Source: Oligoflexales bacterium
Lineage (GTDB): Bacteria; Bdellovibrionota_B; Oligoflexia; Oligoflexales; CAIYRB01
Length of the DNA: 64,000 nt
Reading direction: 5' to 3'
Assembly: GCA_041736175.1 (NCBI GenBank)
Contig: JBGSUI010000217.1
Coordinates: 32,001 to 96,000 of the forward strand
Made by a program: the position numbers and the translations under genes. The notes beneath the pieces were generated by a model that did no database searches, was not told the DNA's origin, and was given only the letters and a program-made list of their open reading frames with translations. Of the stretch, positions 29,635 to 40,008 are shown one piece after another (positions within the stretch are counted from its first letter, which is position 1; each line of letters starts with the position of its first letter).

Positions 29635-30615
29635 TCACTCCGGGCTAGGATAGGAGCTGATGCCGACCGTCAACGTTGATGTTGTCCCAACGATCATCGG
29701 GGTCACGGAGGGAACCCAAGTTCGGATCATAGACGACTGACCACCTGAAGTGGTCGCTGGACCTTTTACGTAGTAGCGCCGGGAGGCGATGCCATTATCA
29801 TTGGTCATAGGATTGGGTGGTGGCGGTAAGGGTGCCGCCGCTATTTGGACAGGAGCTTCGACGGGTTTTGTCAAGATAGCTGTTTGAAAAGTCCCGAAAT
29901 GGCGGGTAAATATACGTGCGTAGCCATTGACGATCTCAATATCACGTCGGGGAATAATCCCTGCAACATTGCGGTTTTCTGCAGCAATGTGGACATTGTA
30001 AAAGATTACCAGATTACTGAGAGGATCCGCGAGTCCAAACTGAGGGAATTCACCAACAAGAGAAGAACCCGTGTTGGGAAGCGGCATAGTTACGGAAAAA
30101 GGTGACGATGTATCAAGTGCCACGCTAGAGGTGACCACCATTGGTGTGGATTTAGAAGCCACCTGAGAATCGATGGCCAAACTTTGGAGAGATTGGTCTG
30201 TAGCAATCTGCTGTCCAGGTTGGACGCTAATCTCCGTATCGATCGCCAAGGACCCCGGGGGGAATTCTATCTGCGATCCAGCGATTTTACTATTTTCTGA
30301 GGCTTGGATCACCTGGACATTGGGGTTATTAGCCTCAACTTTACCCTTTGATTTAGATCCTTCCAAAGTCACAGGTACGATCACCCGGTTGATAGTAGCC
30401 GACGTCTTAACAGAGTCCACAATCGTGTCGGCAGGACTCCGGGTGTTCTTGGAGCTTTCAGCCTGAGTCTGCATAAAAGATGGTCCCTTAAGGCAGGAAA
30501 AACTCGCAAGGGCCACTGCGATTGGGTAGAACAAGCTGTAGCCGACAAACTTGTTTTGAGGTTGACCTTCTAAACTTTCTTTTAATTCTCTTTTTTGTCC
30601 GATGTAAAGTCCCAT
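29635..30615 (-). CDS. hypothetical exported protein or lipoprotein with ZU5-like beta domain
   Basis: AAGGAG SD; hydrophobic stretch ending ASFSC; IEFPPGSL...TRHFGTF; Pro-rich linker. Confidence 0.6.
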   Translation of the reverse strand: MGLYIGQKRELKESLEGQPQNKFVGYSLFYPIAVALASFSCLKGPSFMQTQAESSKNTRSPADTIVDSVKTSATINRVIVPVTLEGSKSKGKVEANNPNVQVIQASENSKIAGSQIEFPPGSLAIDTEISVQPGQQIATDQSLQSLAIDSQVASKSTPMVVTSSVALDTSSPFSVTMPLPNTGSSLVGEFPQFGLADPLSNLVIFYNVHIAAENRNVAGIIPRRDIEIVNGYARIFTRHFGTFQTAILTKPVEAPVQIAAAPLPPPPNPMTNDNGIASRRYYVKGPATTSGGQSSMIRTWVPSVTPMIVGTTSTLTVGISSYPSPE

Positions 30616-30856
30616 GATTAGACTCCTTGCTGGGTGTGGCGCACCACCTGTTTTGGTTGTTTTTTCGAAGTCGATTTTTTCAATGTTGTCATAACTCCTA
30701 TGCCTGCATATGATAGATCCTTAAAGTCATATTCGGTCAATTTATAAAAAAATTAACACTCCGCTAGAATAAACAGCAAATTCAATGGTTTGTTGGTACC
30801 TTAAAACAAATGATGCCGAAAATATTTGAGCCGCTTTTTGAGACAAAGGAGAAAAA

Positions 30857-31822
30857 ATGGACCGTAACTTAGCATTAGAGTTTGTTCGAGTGACCGAGGG
30901 AGCGGCCATCGGTGCAGCGCGTTGGACAGGCCGAGGCGAAAAAAACGCAGCCGATGACGCCGCAGTGACCGCTATGCGTAACTGCTTTAACTCAATCGAT
31001 TTTTGTGGAAAAATCATCATCGGCGAAGGTGAGATGGACGAAGCTCCCATGCTTTATATCGGCGAAACGGTCGGTCGGGGCCAAAGTGGTCAAAAAAAAA
31101 TAGAGATCGCCTGTGATCCCTTAGAAGGTACATCGATTACGGCAAAAGGTGGCAGTGAAGCAATCGCCGTGATTGCAGCGGCAGAAGAGGGTGGATTTCT
31201 CCATGCACCCGATATGTACATGAACAAAATTGCGGTGGGACCAGCGGCTAAGGGTAGGATCGACATCACAAAGAGCATCAGCTGGAACCTCAAGGCTGTT
31301 GCCGAGGGCTTGAAAAAAAATGTCCAAGATCTCATGGTTATCATTTTAGATCGTCCCCGCCATGCCGAGATTATCCAAGAATGTCGGACTCTGGGGACCA
31401 GGATTAGACTTATTGGTGACGGAGATGTTTCCGCAGCAGTCGCCACAGCGCAAGCAGACAGTGGTATCGATATTCTCTTAGGTATCGGTGGAGCCCCGGA
31501 AGGTGTGATTTCAGCAGCAGCTCTTAGGTGTTTAGGGGGTGATATGCAAGGACAGCTGATCTACACCACCGAAGCAGAAAAAGACCGCTGTGGGAAAATG
31601 GGAATTTCGGACCTTAACAAAGTCTATCAACTAGACGATCTCGCCAGAGGCAATGTTATGTTTATTGCCACTGGCGTCACCAATGGCAGCTTTTTAAGGG
31701 GGGTAAGATTTAATGGGAGCGGTGCTGTGACCCATTCCATCGTTATGCGCTCTGAATCTGGTACCATTAGAGAAATCCACACAAAACATCACTTTGCCTA
31801 TAAGCCTAGACATGGATGGTGA
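30857..31822 (+). CDS. glpX: class II fructose-1,6-bisphosphatase
   Basis: IGEGEMDEAPML, DPLEGT, APDMYM, DGDV, GIGGAPEGVI. Confidence 0.96.
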   Translation: MDRNLALEFVRVTEGAAIGAARWTGRGEKNAADDAAVTAMRNCFNSIDFCGKIIIGEGEMDEAPMLYIGETVGRGQSGQKKIEIACDPLEGTSITAKGGSEAIAVIAAAEEGGFLHAPDMYMNKIAVGPAAKGRIDITKSISWNLKAVAEGLKKNVQDLMVIILDRPRHAEIIQECRTLGTRIRLIGDGDVSAAVATAQADSGIDILLGIGGAPEGVISAAALRCLGGDMQGQLIYTTEAEKDRCGKMGISDLNKVYQLDDLARGNVMFIATGVTNGSFLRGVRFNGSGAVTHSIVMRSESGTIREIHTKHHFAYKPRHGW

Positions 31823-31859
31823 ATATCTCACGGTGTCACAAATCCGATTTTCACGAGCT

Positions 31860-32420
31860 TTATTTTTTGCTGCCTGACGCCTGACCTTGGATCTCTTGGA
31901 TTTCTTGGTCCCGCGTCGCTTTTGCTTTTTCGATGACTGTCTGAACCGATGCTGTTTGCTGGTTTTCGGACTGCTTCCGAACTTCTTCCAAAAGATTATG
32001 CCTAGTTGTGTAAGCGGCATTATTAAGGACGAGCTGCTTACCCTTGCGATTGGCCAGGTTAAATATCAGCGGCGCTTTGAGGTTCGCCGTCATATTCTGC
32101 GGATTGGACGGGATGGTGATAATCACCGATATCACTGCCTCTTCCTCTGACTTAAGCTCTAGGTCTAAAACCTCTGCTTCAGTCACTTCGACCATATAAT
32201 CAGGTTTAAACATAAGTGGATTTATCAGTACAAAAGCTATAGCTCCATCATCGACCGACTGGAGCCATTTAAAAGGGGACTCTTTGTCGTGATCGAGTAG
32301 CACATATTTTTTGAGCTCTGGAAAGCCAATCAAGCCATGAGGTAACTGGATAAGATCTTCAGGTTTGACATCAATATCACCAAACCTAGTAGTTGTTACC
32401 TTTAGCAAGAGTGCCTCCAC
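31860..32420 (-). CDS. fliW: flagellar assembly factor FliW
   Basis: TTRFG, GLIGFP, FKWLQS, MTANLKAPLIFN; follows csrA. Confidence 0.95.
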   Translation of the reverse strand: MEALLLKVTTTRFGDIDVKPEDLIQLPHGLIGFPELKKYVLLDHDKESPFKWLQSVDDGAIAFVLINPLMFKPDYMVEVTEAEVLDLELKSEEEAVISVIITIPSNPQNMTANLKAPLIFNLANRKGKQLVLNNAAYTTRHNLLEEVRKQSENQQTASVQTVIEKAKATRDQEIQEIQGQASGSKK

Positions 32421-32518
32421 CTAAGCCACATTGAGGGCCCAAAAAAACGACTAATTGACAGGTTCCTATTTACTTTAACGTATTGAGGGTACTATTTTCA
32501 ACTGTTATGCCTAAAACT

Positions 32519-32824
32519 TCACGTATCAGTCGGATCAGTCTTGGTGCGACTGAGGTGTTTATGATGTGTCTTAAGTGGAGCTTGTTCGCCTGTAACATTT
32601 TTTCCAATAATCAAAGATGCTTGCGAAACCGTCGTTGTAGTCGTCTTAGATGCTGCAAGATTTTCGTCCTGAACTTTTTGGTATATCTCTTCTCTATGGA
32701 CCGCTGTCGCTGGGGAGGCTTTAATGCCGATCCTTACCTGTTTACCTTTAATCTGCATAATCACTATTTTTATGTCATCACCAATCGCTATACCTTCTCC
32801 GACTTTTCGTGTAAGTACCAGCAA
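32519..32824 (-). CDS. csrA: carbon storage regulator CsrA (TTG start; C-terminal extension of FliW-regulated type)
   Basis: [33 protein letters not shown]. Confidence 0.95.
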   Translation of the reverse strand: MLVLTRKVGEGIAIGDDIKIVIMQIKGKQVRIGIKASPATAVHREEIYQKVQDENLAASKTTTTTVSQASLIIGKNVTGEQAPLKTHHKHLSRTKTDPTDT

Positions 32825-32899
32825 TTGAGAACCCTCCCTGGTTCTATGTTAAGAGTAGCATATTTCTAGTTAGTATGAAAATGCCTTGGAACAGAGTTT

Positions 32900-33799
32900 T
32901 TACTGTAAAAAGTTTAAGAGGGAAGGTTGAAGCAGTTTGGTCGAAGAAAGCAAAGTGGACTGTAGAGTGGTTTCGGTGCGTTTAAATTCGGATGTCGCAT
33001 TGTAAAAATCTGCGTCTTGGACTTTCGATAGGTTAGTACGCAGACTAACTTCCTCTAGGGCCAAACGATCTTGGGCGCTCTTAAGGGAGTTCCACTGGGC
33101 CCCAACAGTCGCTTGGCTACTGGTGGTTTTTTCGATCTGGTGGTCTAGCTCCGTCATGGCCTTGTGGATCGCGGTCTTATCATTTGAGGCCATGCCGTCG
33201 AAGAGCACTTCGAGGGAATGAACCATATTAAAATGGCCATTCTGGCGATCATCCGGAGAGGCTTCAAATAAATAGCGTCCGGGCATATTGACTTGTCTAA
33301 AGTCTCCTGAGGACACTTGTAGATAAAGCTGTCCATCGTCCCCAAGAAAATCCCCATCGAGACTTAAAGGTGGGGTTTGGTTGCGGAATCCCCCAAAGAC
33401 AAACCTTCCTTTAAAAGTTGTATTGGCTATCTGTACGACCTCATTCATGATTTCCCGGATCTCTCTAGAGGTCGCTTCTTTCGCTTTCGCGTCATTCGTA
33501 TCATTCGCCATACCGATGGCTAGTTCTTTAGCGCGTATGAGGGATGTCCCCATCCTTTCCAATGAATTTTCTGTCACCTCCAAGAGACCCTTGGAATAAT
33601 CAATATTTTTTTGAAATTGGACAACATCGGTAATCGAATCTCTGAGCCGGATAATCTGGGTTGCTTTGGTGGGATCATCTGATAGGAGACGAACGTCTTT
33701 TTGCGACGATAGCCTCTCCATAGCATCTGCATTGCCTGTCTTGGCATCGTTGACCCTGTTTTGAACGATATCAAATCTCATTCGCTCGGAGACACGCAT
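32900..33799 (-). CDS. flgL: flagellar hook-associated protein 3
   Basis: SDDP, ANTTFKGRFVFGG, QPSLLNFL; follows flgK. Confidence 0.93.
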   Translation of the reverse strand: MRVSERMRFDIVQNRVNDAKTGNADAMERLSSQKDVRLLSDDPTKATQIIRLRDSITDVVQFQKNIDYSKGLLEVTENSLERMGTSLIRAKELAIGMANDTNDAKAKEATSREIREIMNEVVQIANTTFKGRFVFGGFRNQTPPLSLDGDFLGDDGQLYLQVSSGDFRQVNMPGRYLFEASPDDRQNGHFNMVHSLEVLFDGMASNDKTAIHKAMTELDHQIEKTTSSQATVGAQWNSLKSAQDRLALEEVSLRTNLSKVQDADFYNATSEFKRTETTLQSTLLSSTKLLQPSLLNFLQ

Positions 33800-33833
33800 G
33801 AAATTTAGTTCCTTATGAAAGGCTCTTCAAAAT

Positions 33834-35258
33834 TTACCGCTTTAGGCTTAGCACAGTTTCAATCATTTCGTCACAAGTTGTGATCACTTTTGATGACGCA
33901 GTGAAGCAAGCCTGCCACTTAATCATGTTGGTTGCTTCTTCATCTAACGATACACCAGAAACGGCCTCTCGTCTTCTATTGAGATCATCTACCATTATTT
34001 TGTTTATTTCATCTACATGTCCGGCACGGACAACATCCAGTCCTAAGGCGCCTGCAAAGCTCGAATAGAATTCGTTAAAAGTGACCATGTCTTCGCCGAA
34101 AAGCTTAGAATCCTTAAGCTTAATGATTCTATTTATATTGACATTGTCCCCAGGAGCCATTGGGGTAGAACCCGCAGCGATCGCTTCATTGCTCTGTATA
34201 ATGATATCGTCAAGATAAAATCCCTTAGCAGCGCCATCAATCGAATCAGGCTCCACAAAAAAATTGCGGCCATTTGACTCTGCAAATTGTTTTAGCCCAT
34301 ACCCTCCTCTGTGAACCGAATTGACCTGGGTGGCCACTTCATATGCGAGTAAATTATTGTTATATATTAGATCTGGAATAGTTGTATCCCGGACCCCAAG
34401 ATACCCGGCAAGACTGCCTGTGGTTATTTTTTCGCCGATATTTCTGACCCTCTGTTGTTCCCAATCTGTGACCGTAACGTCATAAAGTCCGTCGTTTTCT
34501 GTATTTCTGATGACACCTACCACCGAAGAATTTCCACCATCCACAAGTGTCACTTGGGACGGTCCGCGAACCATCAGCATACCATATTGGTCTTCGTAAT
34601 ATTGAACATCAATTTTAGTAGATATGTCCCTCAGTAGCAGGTCTCTTTGGTCGCGAAAGTCGCATGCCGACTGTGCCTGGCCGGCTTCACTAACCTGAAT
34701 CTTGACGTTTAATTCTGCTATTGATTTGAGCTGAGAAGAAAGTTCGTCGGCCACTTGCTGAACTTTTTCGTTAAGCCCACTTTGATGAATCTTCAGTTCT
34801 GCGTCTGTTCGCTGAAAGGCTTGGGCTAAATCTTTGGCAGACTCAACAACTGAGGTCCGAACCACGAAGTCCTCTGGAAAATTAGACAAATCTTCCAGTT
34901 GGGTCCAAAACTTTGATATTTCGTCAGGAACAGTCGCTTGGATCTCGGGACTAAAAACTAGTTCTAGAGCCTTCATACCTTCGAGACTTGCTTGACTCAT
35001 ACCCCTATCTTGATTTTGCCTAGTCAACTGATTTTCTATAAATTTATCATGGGCCCGGGTGATGCTTCCGACGTAGACTCCATTGCCAATAAGCAAATTG
35101 CGGACATCCAGAGGTTCTCGCTGCTTGACATTGACTTTTTGGCGCGAATAACCTTCAACTTGGGCATTAGCTATGTTATGCCCTGTTGTATCGACACCCT
35201 GACGTGAAGCCTGTAAACTATCGGCTCCTAAATTAAGGATGTGGAATAGACCAGCCAT
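33834..35258 (-). CDS. flgK: flagellar hook-associated protein 1
   Basis: GHNIANAQVEGYSRQ, RDQRD, SGVSLDEEATNMIKWQ. Confidence 0.95.
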   Translation of the reverse strand: MAGLFHILNLGADSLQASRQGVDTTGHNIANAQVEGYSRQKVNVKQREPLDVRNLLIGNGVYVGSITRAHDKFIENQLTRQNQDRGMSQASLEGMKALELVFSPEIQATVPDEISKFWTQLEDLSNFPEDFVVRTSVVESAKDLAQAFQRTDAELKIHQSGLNEKVQQVADELSSQLKSIAELNVKIQVSEAGQAQSACDFRDQRDLLLRDISTKIDVQYYEDQYGMLMVRGPSQVTLVDGGNSSVVGVIRNTENDGLYDVTVTDWEQQRVRNIGEKITTGSLAGYLGVRDTTIPDLIYNNNLLAYEVATQVNSVHRGGYGLKQFAESNGRNFFVEPDSIDGAAKGFYLDDIIIQSNEAIAAGSTPMAPGDNVNINRIIKLKDSKLFGEDMVTFNEFYSSFAGALGLDVVRAGHVDEINKIMVDDLNRRREAVSGVSLDEEATNMIKWQACFTASSKVITTCDEMIETVLSLKR

Positions 35259-35264
35259 TATGGT

Positions 35265-35831
35265 TTATACCCTTACAGAGAAACCGTGGTGTCGGCCTGT
35301 GATTTTTTTAGTACCATCGGCGCTATAGGAACCCTCGACTTCCTCTTTAATTTCCTGCCAAAATTTGTAGCTTTGATTGTAGTTTTCCTGCATTTTTGTC
35401 ACTAATAGCCTGTTGACTTCTAGAAGAGGCTTAACTTTTCGAGCTATCTCAATTAATTTTTCGGTAGCGGAAACTAGATTTTTTGATTGGTGCTCAAGAA
35501 CCTGATGTGCAAGTGAGTTATCAGGATCTTTGATATAAAAAAAACCGACCAATTCTGATAGATTTCCTGGCTTTTTGCCGGTTATTTTTGCGACTTCATC
35601 CGAAATATTAGCCATGGATTCAAATGCCATCTCTATCTTTGCTGTAATCGTTTCTTTTGTATATAGAATGGTTTCAGCATCAGCAATACGACCGGTCTTA
35701 ATAGCTTTAAGCTCCTGGTCAAGTATTGGGGGAAGCGACTGGTAGGAATCTGCGGCATCGACAATCGCACCCTTGAGTTGAGAGGAGAGTGAAATTAACG
35801 ACTCAATTTCATGTGGATTCTTTCCAGTCAC
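35265..35831 (-). CDS. flgN: FlgN-like export chaperone
   Basis: Helical protein between flgM and flgK; C-terminal YSADG motif; positional call. Confidence 0.6.
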   Translation of the reverse strand: MTGKNPHEIESLISLSSQLKGAIVDAADSYQSLPPILDQELKAIKTGRIADAETILYTKETITAKIEMAFESMANISDEVAKITGKKPGNLSELVGFFYIKDPDNSLAHQVLEHQSKNLVSATEKLIEIARKVKPLLEVNRLLVTKMQENYNQSYKFWQEIKEEVEGSYSADGTKKITGRHHGFSVRV

Positions 35832-35909
35832 GAAGGGATATCCTTTCTAAATTGTTTTAGAGAAACCTAATGGGGAGAGATATTCTTAGGTGAATAACCT
35901 TGGGAGGCC

Positions 35910-36281
35910 TTATTCGGGATTCTCCGCAAGCTGCTCTTTGATAGCTTCTCGAAGCATCCCATCTGCGATATTTCCTGAATCAATTTGGTAGGTCCCGTTG
36001 TCGATCTGCTCTTTGAGTTGTTTGACACGTTCCTCGCGAACATCAGGGGTATTTTTCGCTATATCAAAGGCTTTTTGCATCGATTGGGCTCTTTCTTTGC
36101 CCTTGCTAGATATCTCTACATCAAAGGTACCTTCCTTAAGGGCCGCACTGGCTTTATTTTGGGCGCCTTTTGTTGCCTGACCTTGTTGGACGGGGGTTCC
36201 CTTTACGCTCTGTGCCTTTGAACCTTCAGCGGGCGTGGGTCCTAGCTGTGGTCCATTTTTATCGATTCTTGAGGTAGACAT
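35910..36281 (-). CDS. flgM: anti-sigma28 factor FlgM
   Basis: VEISS, PDVREERVKQLKEQIDNGTYQID. Confidence 0.92.
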   Translation of the reverse strand: MSTSRIDKNGPQLGPTPAEGSKAQSVKGTPVQQGQATKGAQNKASAALKEGTFDVEISSKGKERAQSMQKAFDIAKNTPDVREERVKQLKEQIDNGTYQIDSGNIADGMLREAIKEQLAENPE

Positions 36282-36485
36282 AAACGGACTCCCTTCGAAA
36301 CTCGATGCAAAAAAGAGCGGATATTACACAATATAATTCTGATGGTCAGTGTGATCTAGGATGATCGTATATTAGTATGGATTTATTTTCCCCTTTTTCT
36401 ATATAAACCGCAACCAGGCTAGTTTTGTCTATGCTTCAACTCTTTGTCCAACTCATTCCATTGGATTTTAATCTCGAGCCGCCCA

Positions 36486-36845
36486 CTACTTGGTGTTTTG
36501 GAGGTATGCCTCCTTGCCGAGGTTCTGGTTTTGTACTTTTAGAAAATTTTCAATACTTTCAGCAATCCCAGTATGGCGGTTTGCCGCTAAAATCTTTGAA
36601 TACTCGTCGTCTAGCATACTGGTATAGATTTTCATAGCGTTGCTTTTAGACATAAGACCCGAATCTGGCACGGTATCTCTCATTGCTTTTAAAACGATCC
36701 CCAAAAAGAGAGATTCAAATTCTTCAGCTACCTTTTCAACATTTTCAGGAATCTTGGCATCTTGCACAAGGTCTCGCTTTTTAAACTCGCCGATTTTCTG
36801 GTCGAGTAGATTAGGTAAAGGTGCAAAATCTTGAATTCTAGTCAT
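36486..36845 (-). CDS. flgJ: FlgJ rod-binding protein without muramidase domain (start at MTRIQDF)
   Basis: VAEEFESLFLGIVLKAMRDTV, IYTSMLDDEY. Confidence 0.85.
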   Translation of the reverse strand: MTRIQDFAPLPNLLDQKIGEFKKRDLVQDAKIPENVEKVAEEFESLFLGIVLKAMRDTVPDSGLMSKSNAMKIYTSMLDDEYSKILAANRHTGIAESIENFLKVQNQNLGKEAYLQNTK

Positions 36846-36852
36846 AGAATCC

Positions 36853-37863
36853 TCATATAAATTTGAGTTCGGCATTGAGCGCGCCTGCTGCATGGAGCGA
36901 CTGTAAAATTCCAATCAGATCAGGAGGCCTAACTCCTATAGCATTGAGGGTCTCGATCAACTCTCCTACTGTTGTGGCTGGTAGATTCACCAGGCTTTTA
37001 GGTCCTGGCTTATTGCCGACTCGAATCGTAAGATCACCATGGGCGATTGCTACCGGTGAAATCATAACCTCATTCCCCATGACGACCGTGCCGGTTCGTT
37101 CGTTGAGGACAATCGTCGCTTTAGAATCTGTTTCAACTTTCAACGATTCAATTTCAGCCATAAATTCGACAGTTTTATCACCAAAAAACTCAGGAATTCT
37201 AACAATAAGGCTACTATTATCGACCGATTCCGCATAAAATCCATTGAGGTGTTTATTGACGACTTGGGCCACCCGAGAACATGTGGTGAAATCTGGATTG
37301 TTTAATGTAAAAGTTATCTTTTGGCTACTATCGATCACTGGATTAAACTCTTTTTCGATAATTCCACCCGATGGCGAACGAGCCACAGTCAACACCTGGG
37401 GGCCGGACCCCGAGGCCTGTCCCACGACAATAGGCCCTTGGGCCATAGCGTAGATCTCACCATCCGCAGTTTTTAAGGGGGTCAGGACAAGCGTACCCCC
37501 AGCCAGGCTTTTAGCGTCGCCTAAAGCTGACACTTTGATATCAATTCTTTCGCCTATTTTTGCAAAGGGTGGAAGCTCTGAAGTCACAAGGACAACCGCA
37601 GAACTCCCCGATACGACATCTTCTAAATTTGTTTTCATGCCCATTCTGGTCAACATATTTGCATAGGCTTTATTGGTCGATACGGATTTTTTAGAATCGC
37701 CCGTGCCTCGTAAACCAACTACGAGGCCAAAACCTGTTAAATAATTATTTCTCAACCCCCTTACCTGGACTAAATCTTTAAGTCGCACCGACACACCATA
37801 TACAGGCTTTAGACCTAAGCAAAAGCCAATGATCACCATAATAAAAGTGGTGGTCTTATTCAT
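36853..37863 (-). CDS. flgI: flagellar P-ring protein (start at MNKTTT)
   Basis: RLKDL, GFGLVVGLRGTGD, SLAGGTLVLTPL, NERTGTVVMG, AGALNAEL. Confidence 0.95.
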   Translation of the reverse strand: MNKTTTFIMVIIGFCLGLKPVYGVSVRLKDLVQVRGLRNNYLTGFGLVVGLRGTGDSKKSVSTNKAYANMLTRMGMKTNLEDVVSGSSAVVLVTSELPPFAKIGERIDIKVSALGDAKSLAGGTLVLTPLKTADGEIYAMAQGPIVVGQASGSGPQVLTVARSPSGGIIEKEFNPVIDSSQKITFTLNNPDFTTCSRVAQVVNKHLNGFYAESVDNSSLIVRIPEFFGDKTVEFMAEIESLKVETDSKATIVLNERTGTVVMGNEVMISPVAIAHGDLTIRVGNKPGPKSLVNLPATTVGELIETLNAIGVRPPDLIGILQSLHAAGALNAELKFI

Positions 37864-38911
37864 CTTTGCTGCCCTTTTTTTCCGAAGACTTCTCTTTTTC
37901 TGCTTCAGCAGCATCTTCTAATGCCTGTTGCTGTTCTTCTATAGTTTGTTTTTGTTCTTCAATGACTTCTGACGATTCTTCAATTTTTTGCTTTGCCGTT
38001 TTTAGTTTGTTTTCAGACTCTTGTCTTTTTTGAGATAGTTCTTCTCTTTGTTTGGCTATGAGCTTGCGTTCGGAACTGAGAGTTTTGATCCGTTCTTCCA
38101 GTCTTTGCTTAGTTTCTTGCATTTTAGATCTTTGATCCGCAAGCTCAGCAGCAACTTTTGATTTAGCTTCGTTGAAACCGCTCAAACGCAGGGAGTATTC
38201 GTCTTGCCAACCCGAAGAGTGCCGCTGTATCGCCTCATCCTCGCGAAATTCGTTGAACTTGACCTCAGTGAGATCGTCGGTTGTTAAAGGATCGCCCGAT
38301 GCCAGTTTTTCGTAAGGAATTTTGGCTTCAGCAGATAGATTATGAAAATCGTCGACGGTCTGGGAGTTTCGTTCGACCAGGGCAAGCACATCACCATTTG
38401 GATATTTATGAGTGATCTTCATCTTAAAATCTTTAAGCAGTGACACTTCACCTTTTTCTTTAGGAGCTAAATCAGGTAAAGTCTTTAATAATTCGTCTTC
38501 TGGCACAGCTGGATCGCTCGGTTTAGGCGCGGAGGTAGGTTTGGCATTTGGGTCCTGTGTATTGTTTCGAGTTGACGCAATATTGACGGTCACATATCTA
38601 CCAACCTTCATAGGACTGGCTGGTGTAAACAGGTAATTTCCTTCGCTCTCAGGATTGAAGAGTGATCCCGTCGTATTCGGCTTATCTCGACTCTCTATTG
38701 AGATCTTTTTCTGTTTTACGTAAATCTCAGGTTTTGGTGAGTTTTCATCGTTTCCACGGCTCTGGCCAACTAGCTTATCGGTAGGTTTTTCAAAGAGATC
38801 TGGATTTCTGCTTGAGTATTTGACCACAGTTGGATTGCATTGGATCAATACAAGGGATCCCAGCAGGGGACCTATCAAGATCCAAAGTTTAGTTGATTGA
38901 ATTTTTACCAT
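37856..38911 (-). CDS. flgH: divergent flagellar L-ring (FlgH-like) lipoprotein with long C-terminal coiled coil
   Basis: Position between flgA and flgI; lipobox-like LIQC; GSLF...LF...VGRYVTVNI; YPNGDV. Confidence 0.6.
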   Translation of the reverse strand: MVKIQSTKLWILIGPLLGSLVLIQCNPTVVKYSSRNPDLFEKPTDKLVGQSRGNDENSPKPEIYVKQKKISIESRDKPNTTGSLFNPESEGNYLFTPASPMKVGRYVTVNIASTRNNTQDPNAKPTSAPKPSDPAVPEDELLKTLPDLAPKEKGEVSLLKDFKMKITHKYPNGDVLALVERNSQTVDDFHNLSAEAKIPYEKLASGDPLTTDDLTEVKFNEFREDEAIQRHSSGWQDEYSLRLSGFNEAKSKVAAELADQRSKMQETKQRLEERIKTLSSERKLIAKQREELSQKRQESENKLKTAKQKIEESSEVIEEQKQTIEEQQQALEDAAEAEKEKSSEKKGSKDE

Positions 38912-38927
38912 CAAGACCTGCCAGATT

Positions 38928-39971
38928 TTAGGGATTTGTGACAAGTGATCCGGATTTTATCATTTCAACGTTTTGTTCGTCTAAAACTTTTGCCTTAAAT
39001 ATTTTTTTTGAATGAGGGTAGCTAATCTCTATCACATCCCCTAGAGACCCCTCTTGGAGACTCTTACCCATAAACCCAACGACTAATCCAGTCCCATTGA
39101 CAACCACATTAACCGATTGGTTTTTGCGAATAGCTATGGGAAGTTCTGTATTTTTGAGGAATAAGACGCTACCCTTTTTAAGATCTATTTTGGTTTTTCG
39201 CCCGACAAGTGACTTGATGGTATCATCTGGGTGATTGAATCCATGGCCTTCGGTGATAGAAATGATAGAAACAGGTGTTTTGGTTAAGTCTGAAGAGACG
39301 ATCGTACTCCCTCTAGGTAAATCCCTCGTAACAGCAGGAACCAAACGTCTTAGGACAAACCATACTTCGGCTTGGTAGGTATTTTGGGGTTCTTCGGAGC
39401 TTTCATCAAAAGCCGCCCAAGTTATGGTCTTTTTTCCATTAAGATTGGATTCAATCCAGCGGGAATCCGCAAGATCTTGGTCGTTAAAACCTACGGGTTC
39501 AAGACGGGCAAATGGATCCATGACGTTAATTTTAACTTTAGTGACCTCTACCTCGAATCCCAGATTCTTTATGGGATTAAGTCGCGTTTCGAGCTTTGAA
39601 ATCAGCAACTGGTCAAGAGAGTTATGAGAACTTTTTAGGTAGATTTTAACCATTGGAGACCCATGGACTGAAACAGCCACCAACGGCCATTCACTTTCGA
39701 GGGTTTGGAGGATCTTTGATGATGTCAATTGGATATTGGTTAGATTTTCTGTAAAACGTGCGACCTCGATCCCATACCCTTCCTGGCAGACGAGTTCTTC
39801 ACCCATACAGGTTCCGATATCCGATAGATAGATACGACTCTTATCAAGGGTAACTTCTTCTTTTAAATGAATAACGACTTGGTCTACGGGGGCAAGTTCA
39901 TTTTTTGGATTCGATAGCCCTCGCTCTAAGGTCATCATCCATAAAAAAGCAGTAAGAATAGGTACAATCAT
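38928..39971 (-). CDS. flgA: P-ring formation chaperone FlgA
   Basis: IYLSDI N-domain, SAF-like RDLPRGSTIVSSDL, IRKNQSV...QEGSLGDVI; position after flgG. Confidence 0.82.
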   Translation of the reverse strand: MIVPILTAFLWMMTLERGLSNPKNELAPVDQVVIHLKEEVTLDKSRIYLSDIGTCMGEELVCQEGYGIEVARFTENLTNIQLTSSKILQTLESEWPLVAVSVHGSPMVKIYLKSSHNSLDQLLISKLETRLNPIKNLGFEVEVTKVKINVMDPFARLEPVGFNDQDLADSRWIESNLNGKKTITWAAFDESSEEPQNTYQAEVWFVLRRLVPAVTRDLPRGSTIVSSDLTKTPVSIISITEGHGFNHPDDTIKSLVGRKTKIDLKKGSVLFLKNTELPIAIRKNQSVNVVVNGTGLVVGFMGKSLQEGSLGDVIEISYPHSKKIFKAKVLDEQNVEMIKSGSLVTNP

Positions 39972-40008
39972 GGGCGTGATTCCAATACAGACGCGAGTGT
40001 TATAACAC

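Noticed and set aside
29880..29910. HFGT as an autoproteolytic ZU5/GAIN-type site
   Set aside because: The nucleophile position after HF is Gly rather than Ser/Thr, and the fold call is itself weak.
30618..30692. 24-aa upstream ORF MTTLKKSTSKKQPKQVVRHTQQGV on the minus strand
   Set aside because: The SD is only 2 nt from the ATG and no attenuator structure was seen; insufficient support.
36486..36845. FlgJ lacking the muramidase domain as a pseudogene
   Set aside because: Rod-binding-only FlgJ is a common natural form, and the ORF is intact with an SD.
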